Positions 19,475-26,864 of a stretch of DNA of 64,000 nucleotides are shown here, one piece after another; the first letter of the stretch is position 1; the number at the start of each line of letters is the position of its first letter. A program made the translations under genes and the position numbers. Origin of the DNA: a virus; IMG/VR virus record IMGVR_UViG_3300045988_126562; one strand, 5' to 3'. The notes beneath the pieces were generated by a model, which had not been told where the DNA came from, made no database searches, and saw only the letters and a program-made list of their open reading frames with translations.

Positions 19475-19546
19475 TACCCCAACCAGGAATCGAACCTGGA
19501 CTGATTGCTTAGAAGGCAATTGTTCTATCCATTGAACTATTGGGGC
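19475..19546 (-). tRNA. tRNA-Arg(UCU)
   Basis: GCCCCAA/TTGGGGT acceptor, loop CTTCTAA, T loop TTCGATT. Confidence 0.85.
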
Positions 19547-19912
19547 ATTATATAACACAGAATTGCTACACTAATTTTACTTAGTCCCTGTAGATCTAAT
19601 TGCTAGCATAGGTGCTCTACAGATGTATCTCATTCGATTTATCCGGCCGGATTTACGAACTCTTGAATTGTAAGGTGGGTTTCCTCCCACGCTTCCGTGT
19701 TATAAAAAATAAGTAATTACCTAAGATCTCTAACAGATTAATACACTTGCTGTTAAAGATTACCTTAACCACCTCTACGCTTCCGTACCTTCACACCAGT
19801 GTATTGGTGTGGAAGCCTACCTCATTACTTTATTATATCTGCTTTCACGTATCAGACTAGTTCCTTCTTCTTGAAATCACGCTGAGATTCCACCCCAGAT
19901 GCCGGCTCGGAG
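19547..19912 (-). ncRNA. unassigned structured RNA candidate (366 nt)
   Basis: ORF-free and G+C-richer, flanked directly by tRNAs. Hairpins GTGGG-TTTCCT-CCCAC, CACACC..GGTGTG nested in GCTTCC..GGAAGC, and CTGTAGA..TCTACAG. Confidence 0.4.
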
Positions 19913-19984
19913 TGACCCCACAGGGATTCAAACCCTGATCGACGGATTAAGAGTCCGCAGCTCTAATCGTTGAGCTATGAGGTC
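19913..19984 (-). tRNA. tRNA-Lys(CUU)
   Basis: GACCTCA/TGGGGTC acceptor, loop CTCTTAA, T loop TTTGAAT. Confidence 0.85.
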
Positions 19985-19990
19985 AATTAA

Positions 19991-20137
19991 TCACGTTTCC
20001 ATAAAGGTATATCGTGATCCTATAATTGCCAAAATACTTAGTATTACAGATTTGACAGTTAATTTTTTAAACACATAATATATTAAAGCAAGACATATTA
20101 AACAAACTGTCAAGCATCCTAAAAGATATGTTACCAT
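19991..20137 (-). CDS. small two-TM membrane protein
   Basis: 48-aa sub-threshold ORF MVTYLLGCLTVCLICLALIYYVFKK...SILAIIGSRY between two tRNAs. Confidence 0.35.
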   Translation of the reverse strand: MVTYLLGCLTVCLICLALIYYVFKKLTVKSVILSILAIIGSRYTFMET

Positions 20138-20159
20138 ATAAATTATATTTATTTATTTG

Positions 20160-20230
20160 TTGGGCTACTGCGATTCGAACGCAGAAATACAGAACCAAAA
20201 TCTGTTGTGTTACCATTACACTATAGCCCA
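20160..20230 (-). tRNA. tRNA-Gln(UUG)
   Basis: U1-A72 acceptor TGGGCTA/TAGCCCA, loop TTTTGGT, T loop TTCGAAT. Confidence 0.85.
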
Positions 20231-20239
20231 AAATGGCAA

Positions 20240-20260
20240 GACTTATTTTTGAAATAAGTC
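20240..20260 (-). terminator. hairpin terminator candidate
   Basis: GACTTATTT/AAATAAGTC 9-bp stem followed by a T-rich tract on the minus strand. Confidence 0.45.
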
Positions 20261-20270
20261 CTGCTTTGTA

Positions 20271-20381
20271 TTATTTCTTTAACGATCCAGGTCTAGTAGT
20301 AGACGCTTGGTAATCCTTTGGTTGTTTATCCCACCAATCCTGTCTAGCTTTAAGCCTAGCTACTCTTTTCTTATATTTCAT
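20271..20381 (-). CDS. small basic protein
   Basis: 36-aa ORF MKYKKRVARLKARQDWW... whose ATG overlaps the upstream TGA (ATGA). Confidence 0.3.
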   Translation of the reverse strand: MKYKKRVARLKARQDWWDKQPKDYQASTTRPGSLKK

Positions 20382-21688
20382 CGTACTGCAATTTTATAAG
20401 TTTTATTGTCTACAACTACAAAATAAACTCCAGAATGTACATTTAAATTTACTCTGTCAGAGTCTGATACTTTGTTATAAATAACTCTACCAACAGTATC
20501 TATTACTCTTATGGATTTCTTAGATACATTACTAACCAAAATATTGCCATTAGAACTGACTACAATGACTTCCTGTAAAGTTAATTCTTCATTAGAAGTA
20601 GGAAATTCAGATTTGAATGTAAATGAAGCCGTGATAGTAGTATCATTAGCTACCACTAAACAGTTATACACCCCATCCATATCTGGCTTTACATATTCCG
20701 AAATAGTTAGTACATTTTTATTTGATTTTACTCCTTCTGGGAGAGTTTTCCCATCTTTGTTCCAAGTATAAGTAATTTTAGTAGGATTCAACGTTTCCAG
20801 TATATTCGTTTCTACTTTTAAGGAGACAGAATCATGATTAAATACTTCTACTTCCAAATCTTTAATGTTAGGATTTTCTACAGTAATAGTTTTACCATTA
20901 CTAGAAGTAGAGTAAATTGTATTGGTTACATCGAATTTAGGATAAACTTCTAGTGTCTTAGTCCAAGTAAAAGGATACTCTCCAGTTTTATTTAAAACCA
21001 CCAAATTAATATCTTCAATAGTTTCATCTGGAATCAATTCAAAGTATCCAGAATCAGATTGTGCTATAATTTCATCATTTGATGATAACATATATTTTTG
21101 GATATCCAAGTCATTAACTGCTTTTACTGTAAATTTCGCAGTATCTCCAGAAGTCAATTTGATAACGTTGTCATCCATTCCATTTACTTGGAATGAACTA
21201 ACTAAGTCAGTAGGATTAGAAACCTTATTTAAATCCTTTAATATATGTAACGTAGCTACAGTATCACAAGTAAATCCATCAAATTCATTCCTACTATAAA
21301 AAGTTCCATATTCATCAGTAACGGATTTAGTTTCAATTTTATGAGTATAAAATAATTCTATGGTTCTAATATTCTGCCACGGATTCCATACATCAGGAAT
21401 TTCTTCCATATGTAGTAGTTTAGTTCCATCATCTAGTGTTGTAATAGCCTCTTTAGGTACTTTTTGAGCACATACTACATGCTTTCCTTGAGATTGGAAA
21501 TCTACTTCTAAATCACCAAATCCACAATACCAATTAACTTCTACATCTTTTAGATATGGATACTTCTCCGTATCTACCTTCAATTCATAATTGCCAGGTT
21601 TTCCTGGTTCAAACAACACCGTGTCTACCTGTGCATACGACATTGCAGTCATAAAGACTGCTACTAACATAAGTAAAAACTTCTTCAT
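20378..21688 (-). CDS. secreted repeat protein with T9SS-type C-terminal sorting domain
   Basis: Signal peptide MKKFLLMLVAVFMTAMSYA, Ig-like beta-rich repeats, and a C-terminus IRVIDTVGRVIYNK...GVYFVVVDNKTYKIAVR typical of Por/T9SS CTDs. Confidence 0.6.
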   Translation of the reverse strand: MKKFLLMLVAVFMTAMSYAQVDTVLFEPGKPGNYELKVDTEKYPYLKDVEVNWYCGFGDLEVDFQSQGKHVVCAQKVPKEAITTLDDGTKLLHMEEIPDVWNPWQNIRTIELFYTHKIETKSVTDEYGTFYSRNEFDGFTCDTVATLHILKDLNKVSNPTDLVSSFQVNGMDDNVIKLTSGDTAKFTVKAVNDLDIQKYMLSSNDEIIAQSDSGYFELIPDETIEDINLVVLNKTGEYPFTWTKTLEVYPKFDVTNTIYSTSSNGKTITVENPNIKDLEVEVFNHDSVSLKVETNILETLNPTKITYTWNKDGKTLPEGVKSNKNVLTISEYVKPDMDGVYNCLVVANDTTITASFTFKSEFPTSNEELTLQEVIVVSSNGNILVSNVSKKSIRVIDTVGRVIYNKVSDSDRVNLNVHSGVYFVVVDNKTYKIAVR

Positions 21689-21709
21689 TTAAAATAATTT
21701 AATTAAACC

Positions 21710-22204
21710 TTATTTTCTAATAAATTCCAATAATTTCTTTAAGCTGTCAGATATTTTATTCTCTATAGAATTAATTTGAAATATTACTTCTACATCTACT
21801 AAATATTCTGACGAGTAAGAATCTCCTAAACCAGTAGTACCTTCTAAATATCTAGTTCCTTTGGGAATTATACTTTTTACTACTCTAATATTCTGTCTAA
21901 CATTAGGATGAGGATGTGCAATAACTTGGCTATTACTCAAAATCATCATAATTATACTATCGATATTAGAATAAGTGTGTATTCCATCCCTAGTCTCCAT
22001 TTTATCATTTACATGAATGCCTAAAATATTAAAAGGTTCATTAGATTGCCTCTTTTCCCCTATTCGAGGAGCTTTAACATTTCTAATGGGAGTTACCCAT
22101 CTTCCATCATATCTTTCAATATAGAGTTTATAACACTCTACGTCTTCCTCTGATACTTTGAAAGTATCTTCTGTAAAAGACTCTGCTTTAATCTTTAAAC
22201 ACAT
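21710..22204 (-). CDS. hypothetical protein
   Basis: 164-aa ORF. Confidence 0.55.
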   Translation of the reverse strand: MCLKIKAESFTEDTFKVSEEDVECYKLYIERYDGRWVTPIRNVKAPRIGEKRQSNEPFNILGIHVNDKMETRDGIHTYSNIDSIIMMILSNSQVIAHPHPNVRQNIRVVKSIIPKGTRYLEGTTGLGDSYSSEYLVDVEVIFQINSIENKISDSLKKLLEFIRK

Positions 22205-22263
22205 AGTTTTATCTAGTTAATAATTAGTGGAGGAGGTGGGAGTCGAACCCACATCTCTGGATT

Positions 22264-22734
22264 TCAATAATGTGATGCGTTCTTACCAGAAAAAGTATCG
22301 GTTTGGGAATGACAATTAGGACATAGTAATCTAAGGTTTTCTATTCTATTATCCTTATTATTTCCATTAATATGGTCTAATTGTAATGATAGAGGCTTTT
22401 CTTGCCACTCATTAATACCACATATACTACACTTGTATTCTAGTAAATTAGATTCCAATAGCCTCTTCTTTAGAGAAGTGTTATTGGTGTAAGTAGAATC
22501 TTCTACTAGAATATCTTCTAAGGACTTATACCTTTCAGGTGAGTGATTTTTAGCATATCTATTAAAGTGGGATGTATCTATATCTAGCTCTCCTATCTTA
22601 TCTTTAATTAGTTTAGTAACTCCGCCTCCCTTTGACCTATAACCAAGCTTAAAAGCTATTTCGGAAACTGTCTCAGATTCTTTAACTATATTACTAAACT
22701 CTTCATCACTAAATTTACTTATTAAAGTTCCCAT
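22264..22734 (-). CDS. HNH homing endonuclease
   Basis: Track ORF trimmed to Met22 because the upstream codons translate tRNA-Phe. CSICG...LDHINGNNKDNRIENLRLLCPNCH. Its stop codon lies inside the 3' half of the split tRNA. Confidence 0.8.
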   Translation of the reverse strand: MGTLISKFSDEEFSNIVKESETVSEIAFKLGYRSKGGGVTKLIKDKIGELDIDTSHFNRYAKNHSPERYKSLEDILVEDSTYTNNTSLKKRLLESNLLEYKCSICGINEWQEKPLSLQLDHINGNNKDNRIENLRLLCPNCHSQTDTFSGKNASHY

Positions 22735-22739
22735 ATAGG

Positions 22740-22811
22740 TGGGACAGGAGGGAATTGAACCCCCAACGCCAGGTTCTTCAAACCTGCGCTCTACCATTGA
22801 GCTACTGTCCC
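22740..22811 (-). tRNA. tRNA-Phe(GAA)
   Basis: GGGACAG/CTGTCCC acceptor, loop TTGAAGA, T loop TTCAATT. Lies inside the insertion that splits the flanking tRNA. Confidence 0.85.
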
Positions 22812-22996
22812 TTTTATCTTAAAATCCAGCGCGAACTGACCACCTGCGCTACCCCTCCATTACGAGATCCATACTAATAGCCGACTATATTAGCGGTATC
22901 TCAACCTATCTTCTACTTTGGTCGTTGATAGGATAAAACTCCTCCTCTAGTGTGCATCAATATCCAAATTTAGAGAGGCAGTAGAAGGAAATATTT

Positions 22997-23323
22997 TTAC
23001 CAGCCATGACCATGCTCTCTTCTGTAAGCTTCAATTTGAGATTGCTCTCTTTCTATGCGGCAGTCTTTTATAAAGGTATCTTCTTTATCTTTACTAACAT
23101 TTTGTTCAAAAGTATTATTTTCTGGTAAATCAAGAAGATTTAAATCTATGGGAAAATCTGTACTATCAGCTAACCAATATATGTATTGCAAATCATAAGA
23201 TTTTATCCATCTCAAAGTCCTTCCTTTGTACTTTCCAAATTGAAGAGGCGAATCCAAATACGAAGATTTTAAATTTTTCAACTTATTAATTAGTTGAATA
23301 TATTCTTCTGAAGTAACTCTCAT
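22997..23323 (-). CDS. hypothetical protein with FGKYKGRTL...YIYWL motif
   Basis: Track ORF trimmed to Met22 (ATG just after the upstream stop). Confidence 0.45.
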   Translation of the reverse strand: MRVTSEEYIQLINKLKNLKSSYLDSPLQFGKYKGRTLRWIKSYDLQYIYWLADSTDFPIDLNLLDLPENNTFEQNVSKDKEDTFIKDCRIEREQSQIEAYRREHGHGW

Positions 23324-23324
23324 A

Positions 23325-23552
23325 TTAATGTTTATTACATAGACAATCTGGATCGTGAACTGTACCATAATTCGTTCCAGTAGCATTATTCAGCATGAAA
23401 GTTATATAATGATGTCCATTATAATAAAACTCTCTAGTTGTTGGAGCAGAATACACATTACCTGCTTTTACTGTAGTAAAAGAGTCAGAAATAACTATAT
23501 ACAGCATTAACGCTATTGATAAAGCTATTAATATCTTTAAAATCTTCTTCAT
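23325..23552 (-). CDS. small secreted/membrane protein
   Basis: 75 aa with a hydrophobic N-terminus. Confidence 0.5.
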   Translation of the reverse strand: MKKILKILIALSIALMLYIVISDSFTTVKAGNVYSAPTTREFYYNGHHYITFMLNNATGTNYGTVHDPDCLCNKH

Positions 23553-23577
23553 ATCTTATATATTTTACTAAATTTTG

Positions 23578-23648
23578 TGATTCCAGTCGGACTCGAACCG
23601 ACGTATTTGGTTTTAGGGACCAACGGATAGCCACTCTCCCATGAAATC
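23578..23648 (-). tRNA. suppressor tRNA, anticodon CUA (amber)
   Basis: GATTTCA/TGGAATC acceptor, anticodon arm TTGGT-CCCTAAA-ACCAA (C at position 33), T arm GTCGG-TTCGAGT-CCGAC. Confidence 0.75.
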
Positions 23649-23724
23649 CTGAGGCACTATTTTTGCAGTACAGTGCCAATTCATCTGACTCTTTGGTCAA
23701 CCACTCGCATCCCACCAGTTTGTT

Positions 23725-24036
23725 TCACCTGCCAAAGCCTTGTCCGTTGTAAGAGATTAATTTAAGGTTTTTAAAAAGTTTTCCAGAATCTGTAATTGCT
23801 ATTGCTGTAGTTTTATTATTTAAATCAGGCTCTTTGAATAAAGAAAAATCTCTGTTTAACAAATTTAATTTTTCTTTCCATTCTATTATATTAGCAGACA
23901 GATAGATTAAATACTGATTATTCCATTTTTGGTTAGGATGATCAATAATCCATTGAGCAACGGCATGTCCGCCTTGTACACATCCATATATAGGATTAAG
24001 ATTCTGATCTATCAGAACGTATAATCTCTCCTGCAT
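23725..24036 (-). CDS. PTH2-like peptidyl-tRNA hydrolase candidate
   Basis: 103 aa. YVLIDQNL...GCVQGGHAVAQW and C-terminal ...KEPDLNNKTTAIAI follow the PTH2 pattern (DL..GK.aAQ..HA ... T.laiGP). Confidence 0.45.
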   Translation of the reverse strand: MQERLYVLIDQNLNPIYGCVQGGHAVAQWIIDHPNQKWNNQYLIYLSANIIEWKEKLNLLNRDFSLFKEPDLNNKTTAIAITDSGKLFKNLKLISYNGQGFGR

Positions 24037-24496
24037 ATTTGTCTACTAAACTATTAACCGAATTAATAAACACCTTACCTAAATAAGTTTTTGAAATGTC
24101 AGATTTAGAATCATATGGATCTAAGCCAAAACCATTCCATCCACTTAGCCATTTAGCATGATTAAGAATAGATTTAATATAGTCCTCACTATTCGAAATT
24201 AAGTTATGTTTTAAAATAAAATAAGTGACATACATAACAAATAACTCATCCCTATTCTTCTTTACTTGGTAATCCGCATTAGTTCTAGTTTTATAGTCAT
24301 TCGATTTTCTGTCTGATTTAGCTTTAATTTGCTTAGCTACTAATTCTTTTATTGCTTGTTTCATTGCTTCCATAATAAGTAATTTAAATTGAGTTTTTAC
24401 AACTAATCTATTGATTTTTGATTTCAAAGGTTCAGGTAAAACTCTTATGGAGGCCATAATTTTCGCAGCAACGTCTACATGTGTTTCATCATTCAT
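23996..24496 (-). CDS. hypothetical protein
   Basis: 166-aa ORF. Confidence 0.55.
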   Translation of the reverse strand: MNDETHVDVAAKIMASIRVLPEPLKSKINRLVVKTQFKLLIMEAMKQAIKELVAKQIKAKSDRKSNDYKTRTNADYQVKKNRDELFVMYVTYFILKHNLISNSEDYIKSILNHAKWLSGWNGFGLDPYDSKSDISKTYLGKVFINSVNSLVDKYAGEIIRSDRSES

Positions 24497-24541
24497 AAAT
24501 TTTTAATTGTTTAACATCTGGAAACTAAAAGTTTTAATTTG

Positions 24542-24626
24542 TGTACCCTCTGGGACTCGAACCCAGCGTGGGATTACTCCCTCCGGATTAAAAGTCCGGT
24601 GCAGTAGCCAGCTCTGCTCAGGGTAC
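24542..24626 (-). tRNA. tRNA with UUU anticodon on a class II (long variable arm) scaffold
   Basis: GTACCCT/AGGGTAC acceptor, D arm GCAG-AGCTGGCTA-CTGC, anticodon arm CCGGA-CTTTTAA-TCCGG, 16-nt variable arm (GGG..CCC), T arm CTGGG-TTCGAGT-CCCAG, discriminator A. Confidence 0.75.
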
Positions 24627-24633
24627 AGATTAC

Positions 24634-24699
24634 AGGATTCATATAAACAGTCCAATATATCCCTAATATACTCTAGTTTAAATTTGCTGTAAGAATCCT
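24634..24699 (-). ncRNA. modular RNA unit (mini form)
   Basis: Closing helix AGGATTC/GAATCCT. 5' boundary TTACAGCAAAT, 3' boundary CCTGTAA. Confidence 0.45.
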
Positions 24700-24720
24700 T
24701 ATTTCTTTAATACAGTGATG

Positions 24721-24728
24721 CAAAGGTA
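24721..24728 (-). promoter_or_regulatory. Bacteroidota-type -7 promoter element candidate
   Basis: Minus strand reads TACCTTTG (TAnnTTTG) followed by CATCAC. The same TTTGCATCAC context recurs at 45112. Confidence 0.35.
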
Positions 24729-24811
24729 GTAATTCTTTTTTACTATTCCAAAATTTTCTATAAGATTTTTATACTAATAGTATACGTATATACTAAATAA
24801 GCGACCTATTG

Positions 24812-25237
24812 TTATAAGTCGCCTTTCTTTATTTTTTTATACAAAGAATAAGGAATTTCATTAAAATTTTCCTTCCCTTCTTCTCTTAATGCTATCATTT
24901 TTACTCCATTTCTGTAGAATACAGTAGGATCAGATTCCAATACATAGTTATCTTTTATATGATTCTCATTGCAATATTCATGGGAATTAAGAAACGGCAA
25001 AACAAGCTTAACCATCTCTCTTATAGGAATAGTAACTTCCTGCATCATAGGAATCCAGTTTGCACAGGTATTTACTGTATGAAGTGGAACGTTACTACCA
25101 GATATAGTTTGCATTCCAGAATTACCCATAAATCGTACATAATCATGGGCTACTATAATTCTTTTTTCTCTAGAAAAATCTAGATCTTCTAATTCTACTT
25201 CAAATTTTCTTTCACTAATCTGTTTTGTTATCTTCAT
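24812..25237 (-). CDS. hypothetical protein
   Basis: 141-aa ORF. Confidence 0.55.
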   Translation of the reverse strand: MKITKQISERKFEVELEDLDFSREKRIIVAHDYVRFMGNSGMQTISGSNVPLHTVNTCANWIPMMQEVTIPIREMVKLVLPFLNSHEYCNENHIKDNYVLESDPTVFYRNGVKMIALREEGKENFNEIPYSLYKKIKKGDL

Positions 25238-25253
25238 ATCTTAAAATTTAATG

Positions 25254-25594
25254 TGGACGATGAGGGATTCGAACCCTCGTCCTAACTACTTCTCAATAAC
25301 ATAGTATATGCGAAATTACCTTTTTATAGAAGGCTAACTAGGGGAAGCCGATTGGCATCCACTCCACCACTCCATTATAAGTTGGAGAACTATAGAAACC
25401 AATGGTCATTTCTGTTCCTAAGCTGACTTACACTCGACTCTCTTTGCAATTAAGCAGCGATACGAACTTCGTCGATTTCGCGAGAGAAAGAAATTGCATT
25501 ATTCTTTCCATTTAATTGTTTGTACTTATAAGGTAGTCACAACCTTTTCACCTATGTTACCGTTCGTCATAGCAGTCAAAAGCCTGTATCGCCC
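25254..25594 (-). ncRNA. ssrA: tmRNA (transfer-messenger RNA)
   Basis: The 5' GGGCGAT pairs with the 3' ATCGTCC-A, giving G3:U70 and A73. T arm GAGGG-TTCGAAT-CCCTC. Internal tag frame GCA ATT TCT ... GCT GCT TAA (25450..25497) encodes AISFSREIDEVRIAA. Confidence 0.8.
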
Positions 25595-25897
25595 TTATTT
25601 GCTATAGAATAAAATTTCTCCGTCAATGGTCTTTACTTCCCAACCACTACTTCTATAGAAATTTTCAACATTTCCTTCTTTATTATCCTGGAATGCTTTT
25701 CTTCTTTTATCCTTCTCGTCTCCACTATATTTAGTAAGTACTGCATCCATTATCTCTTCGGTACTTATACTAATAGGAGCTGAATCAGAAAATCTTTTTA
25801 CTAGAAGATCGTTTACTATTGCTATTACTTCATCATTTGCTAATTTAGCACGCAACTCTCTAGCTTTTCCAGGAGTTATAGGATCAACCTTAGCCAT
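25595..25897 (-). CDS. hypothetical protein
   Basis: 100-aa ORF. Confidence 0.55.
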   Translation of the reverse strand: MAKVDPITPGKARELRAKLANDEVIAIVNDLLVKRFSDSAPISISTEEIMDAVLTKYSGDEKDKRRKAFQDNKEGNVENFYRSSGWEVKTIDGEILFYSK

Positions 25898-25898
25898 A

Positions 25899-26297
25899 TT
25901 ATAATTCTTTTTGACTAGCTGTTACAGCCAATTTATCACATCTATTGTTATATTTATCATCTTTATGCCCCTTTACCCAAGTAAAAGTAACCATGTGATG
26001 AAACCTCATTGCCTTATCGAATCTCTTCCATAGGTCTACATTTTTTCTTCTTTGCCAACCCTTGACAGCACATCCAATAACATACTGTGAATCAGTTATT
26101 ATATTTAGAGCAGATGGTTCAGAAATGGATTCCATAGCTACTATACATGCCATCATTTCCATCTGATTATTTGTAGTATTAATATATGTCTTACTATATT
26201 CTAATACTTCATATCCATCTTTATCTACAATAATTAAGCCTATTCCTCCTTGCCCTCTGGCATAGGAATAGGCTCCATCGGTATAAACTGTATACAT
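25899..26297 (-). CDS. rnhA: ribonuclease H (type 1)
   Basis: YTDGA, NNQMEMMA, ITDSQYV and WVKGH...NRCDKLA supply the DEDD catalytic pattern. Confidence 0.85.
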   Translation of the reverse strand: MYTVYTDGAYSYARGQGGIGLIIVDKDGYEVLEYSKTYINTTNNQMEMMACIVAMESISEPSALNIITDSQYVIGCAVKGWQRRKNVDLWKRFDKAMRFHHMVTFTWVKGHKDDKYNNRCDKLAVTASQKEL

Positions 26298-26863
26298 TAG
26301 TAGATTACCAATGCTGATTTGGTCATATCAGAAGTTTGTAATTTATATACCTGCTTAATTGGAAGAATAATATTTCTATCCTCTATGTAAATTTCTGTAG
26401 TTTTGCCACAGTTTTTTCTTACCAAGTATTGTTGATATAGCCCTTCTCCTATGATATGATCAGAAGAAAAATCGGAAGGAGGGACAATAACATGATTAGT
26501 AGCCTGTTTCAACATCTCATTATTATAAGATAGTGAAGCTGATTCATCATATTCTACTACATTTTTAAACAAAGATCTTACTTTGTTTACTTTAGCAGGA
26601 TTAGCTTTATAGCTCACTCCTAGGAATGTAACATTCTCTGGCTCTTTACGCCATATTGTAGATGCCGTGTTCCAGGTAGCTAAATCAATAATCCCAAAGA
26701 GTAATGTAGATACTGGCCTTCTTACTTCGATGATGTTCTCAGAATTAATTCTTCCAGTTTCTGAAAAGAATAGTACATTGTCAAATGTTTTTACTGCAAT
26801 GCCTAGCACTCCAGTTTTAGTTTTTACTAAATCTCCTTGCTTTGCTACTAACTGCTTATTCAT
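26297..26863 (-). CDS. hypothetical protein
   Basis: 188 aa. Shares LGVSY and IGxGLY motifs with the upstream neighbour. Confidence 0.5.
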   Translation of the reverse strand: MNKQLVAKQGDLVKTKTGVLGIAVKTFDNVLFFSETGRINSENIIEVRRPVSTLLFGIIDLATWNTASTIWRKEPENVTFLGVSYKANPAKVNKVRSLFKNVVEYDESASLSYNNEMLKQATNHVIVPPSDFSSDHIIGEGLYQQYLVRKNCGKTTEIYIEDRNIILPIKQVYKLQTSDMTKSALVIY

Positions 26864-26864
26864 A

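Larger units (their letters stand above)
22228..22858 (-). tRNA. tRNA gene split in the anticodon loop by a ~555-nt insertion (anticodon UUG if loop is TT/TTGAA)
   Basis: The 5' part at 22822..22858 (GGAGGGG-TA-GCGC...GCGC-TGGAT-TT) and the 3' part at 22228..22267 (TTGAA-ATCCA-GAGAT-GTGGG-TTCGACT-CCCAC-CTCCTCC-A) pair perfectly as acceptor and anticodon stems. Confidence 0.6.

Noticed and set aside
19547-19912. Assigning the 366-nt RNA as RNase P RNA.
   Set aside because: The shared strings with E. coli M1 RNA (AAGGTACGG, GGTAGGCT, GGAAACCCAC) are short enough to occur by chance and appear in the wrong order. No P1 pairing of the ends is visible. It is kept only as an unassigned structured RNA.
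23485-23715. Track ORFs lying on tRNA genes: 23485..23715, 24507..24692, 37456..37911, 39890..40120, 41365..41619, plus the N-terminal extensions of 22264..22797, 34642..34983, 37542..37958 and 44668..45078.
   Set aside because: Their sequences are translations of tRNA genes (for example GVGGSIPSCPT, FESRSRY). The cloverleaves explain the DNA, so these ORFs were dropped or trimmed to the first Met past the tRNA.
24675-24690. Reading taaatttgctgt and its relatives as plus-strand Bacteroides TAnnTTTG promoters.
   Set aside because: Only one of about ten copies fits the consensus, and nothing is encoded downstream on the plus strand. The motif is better explained as the minus-strand ACAGCAA boundary of the RNA units.
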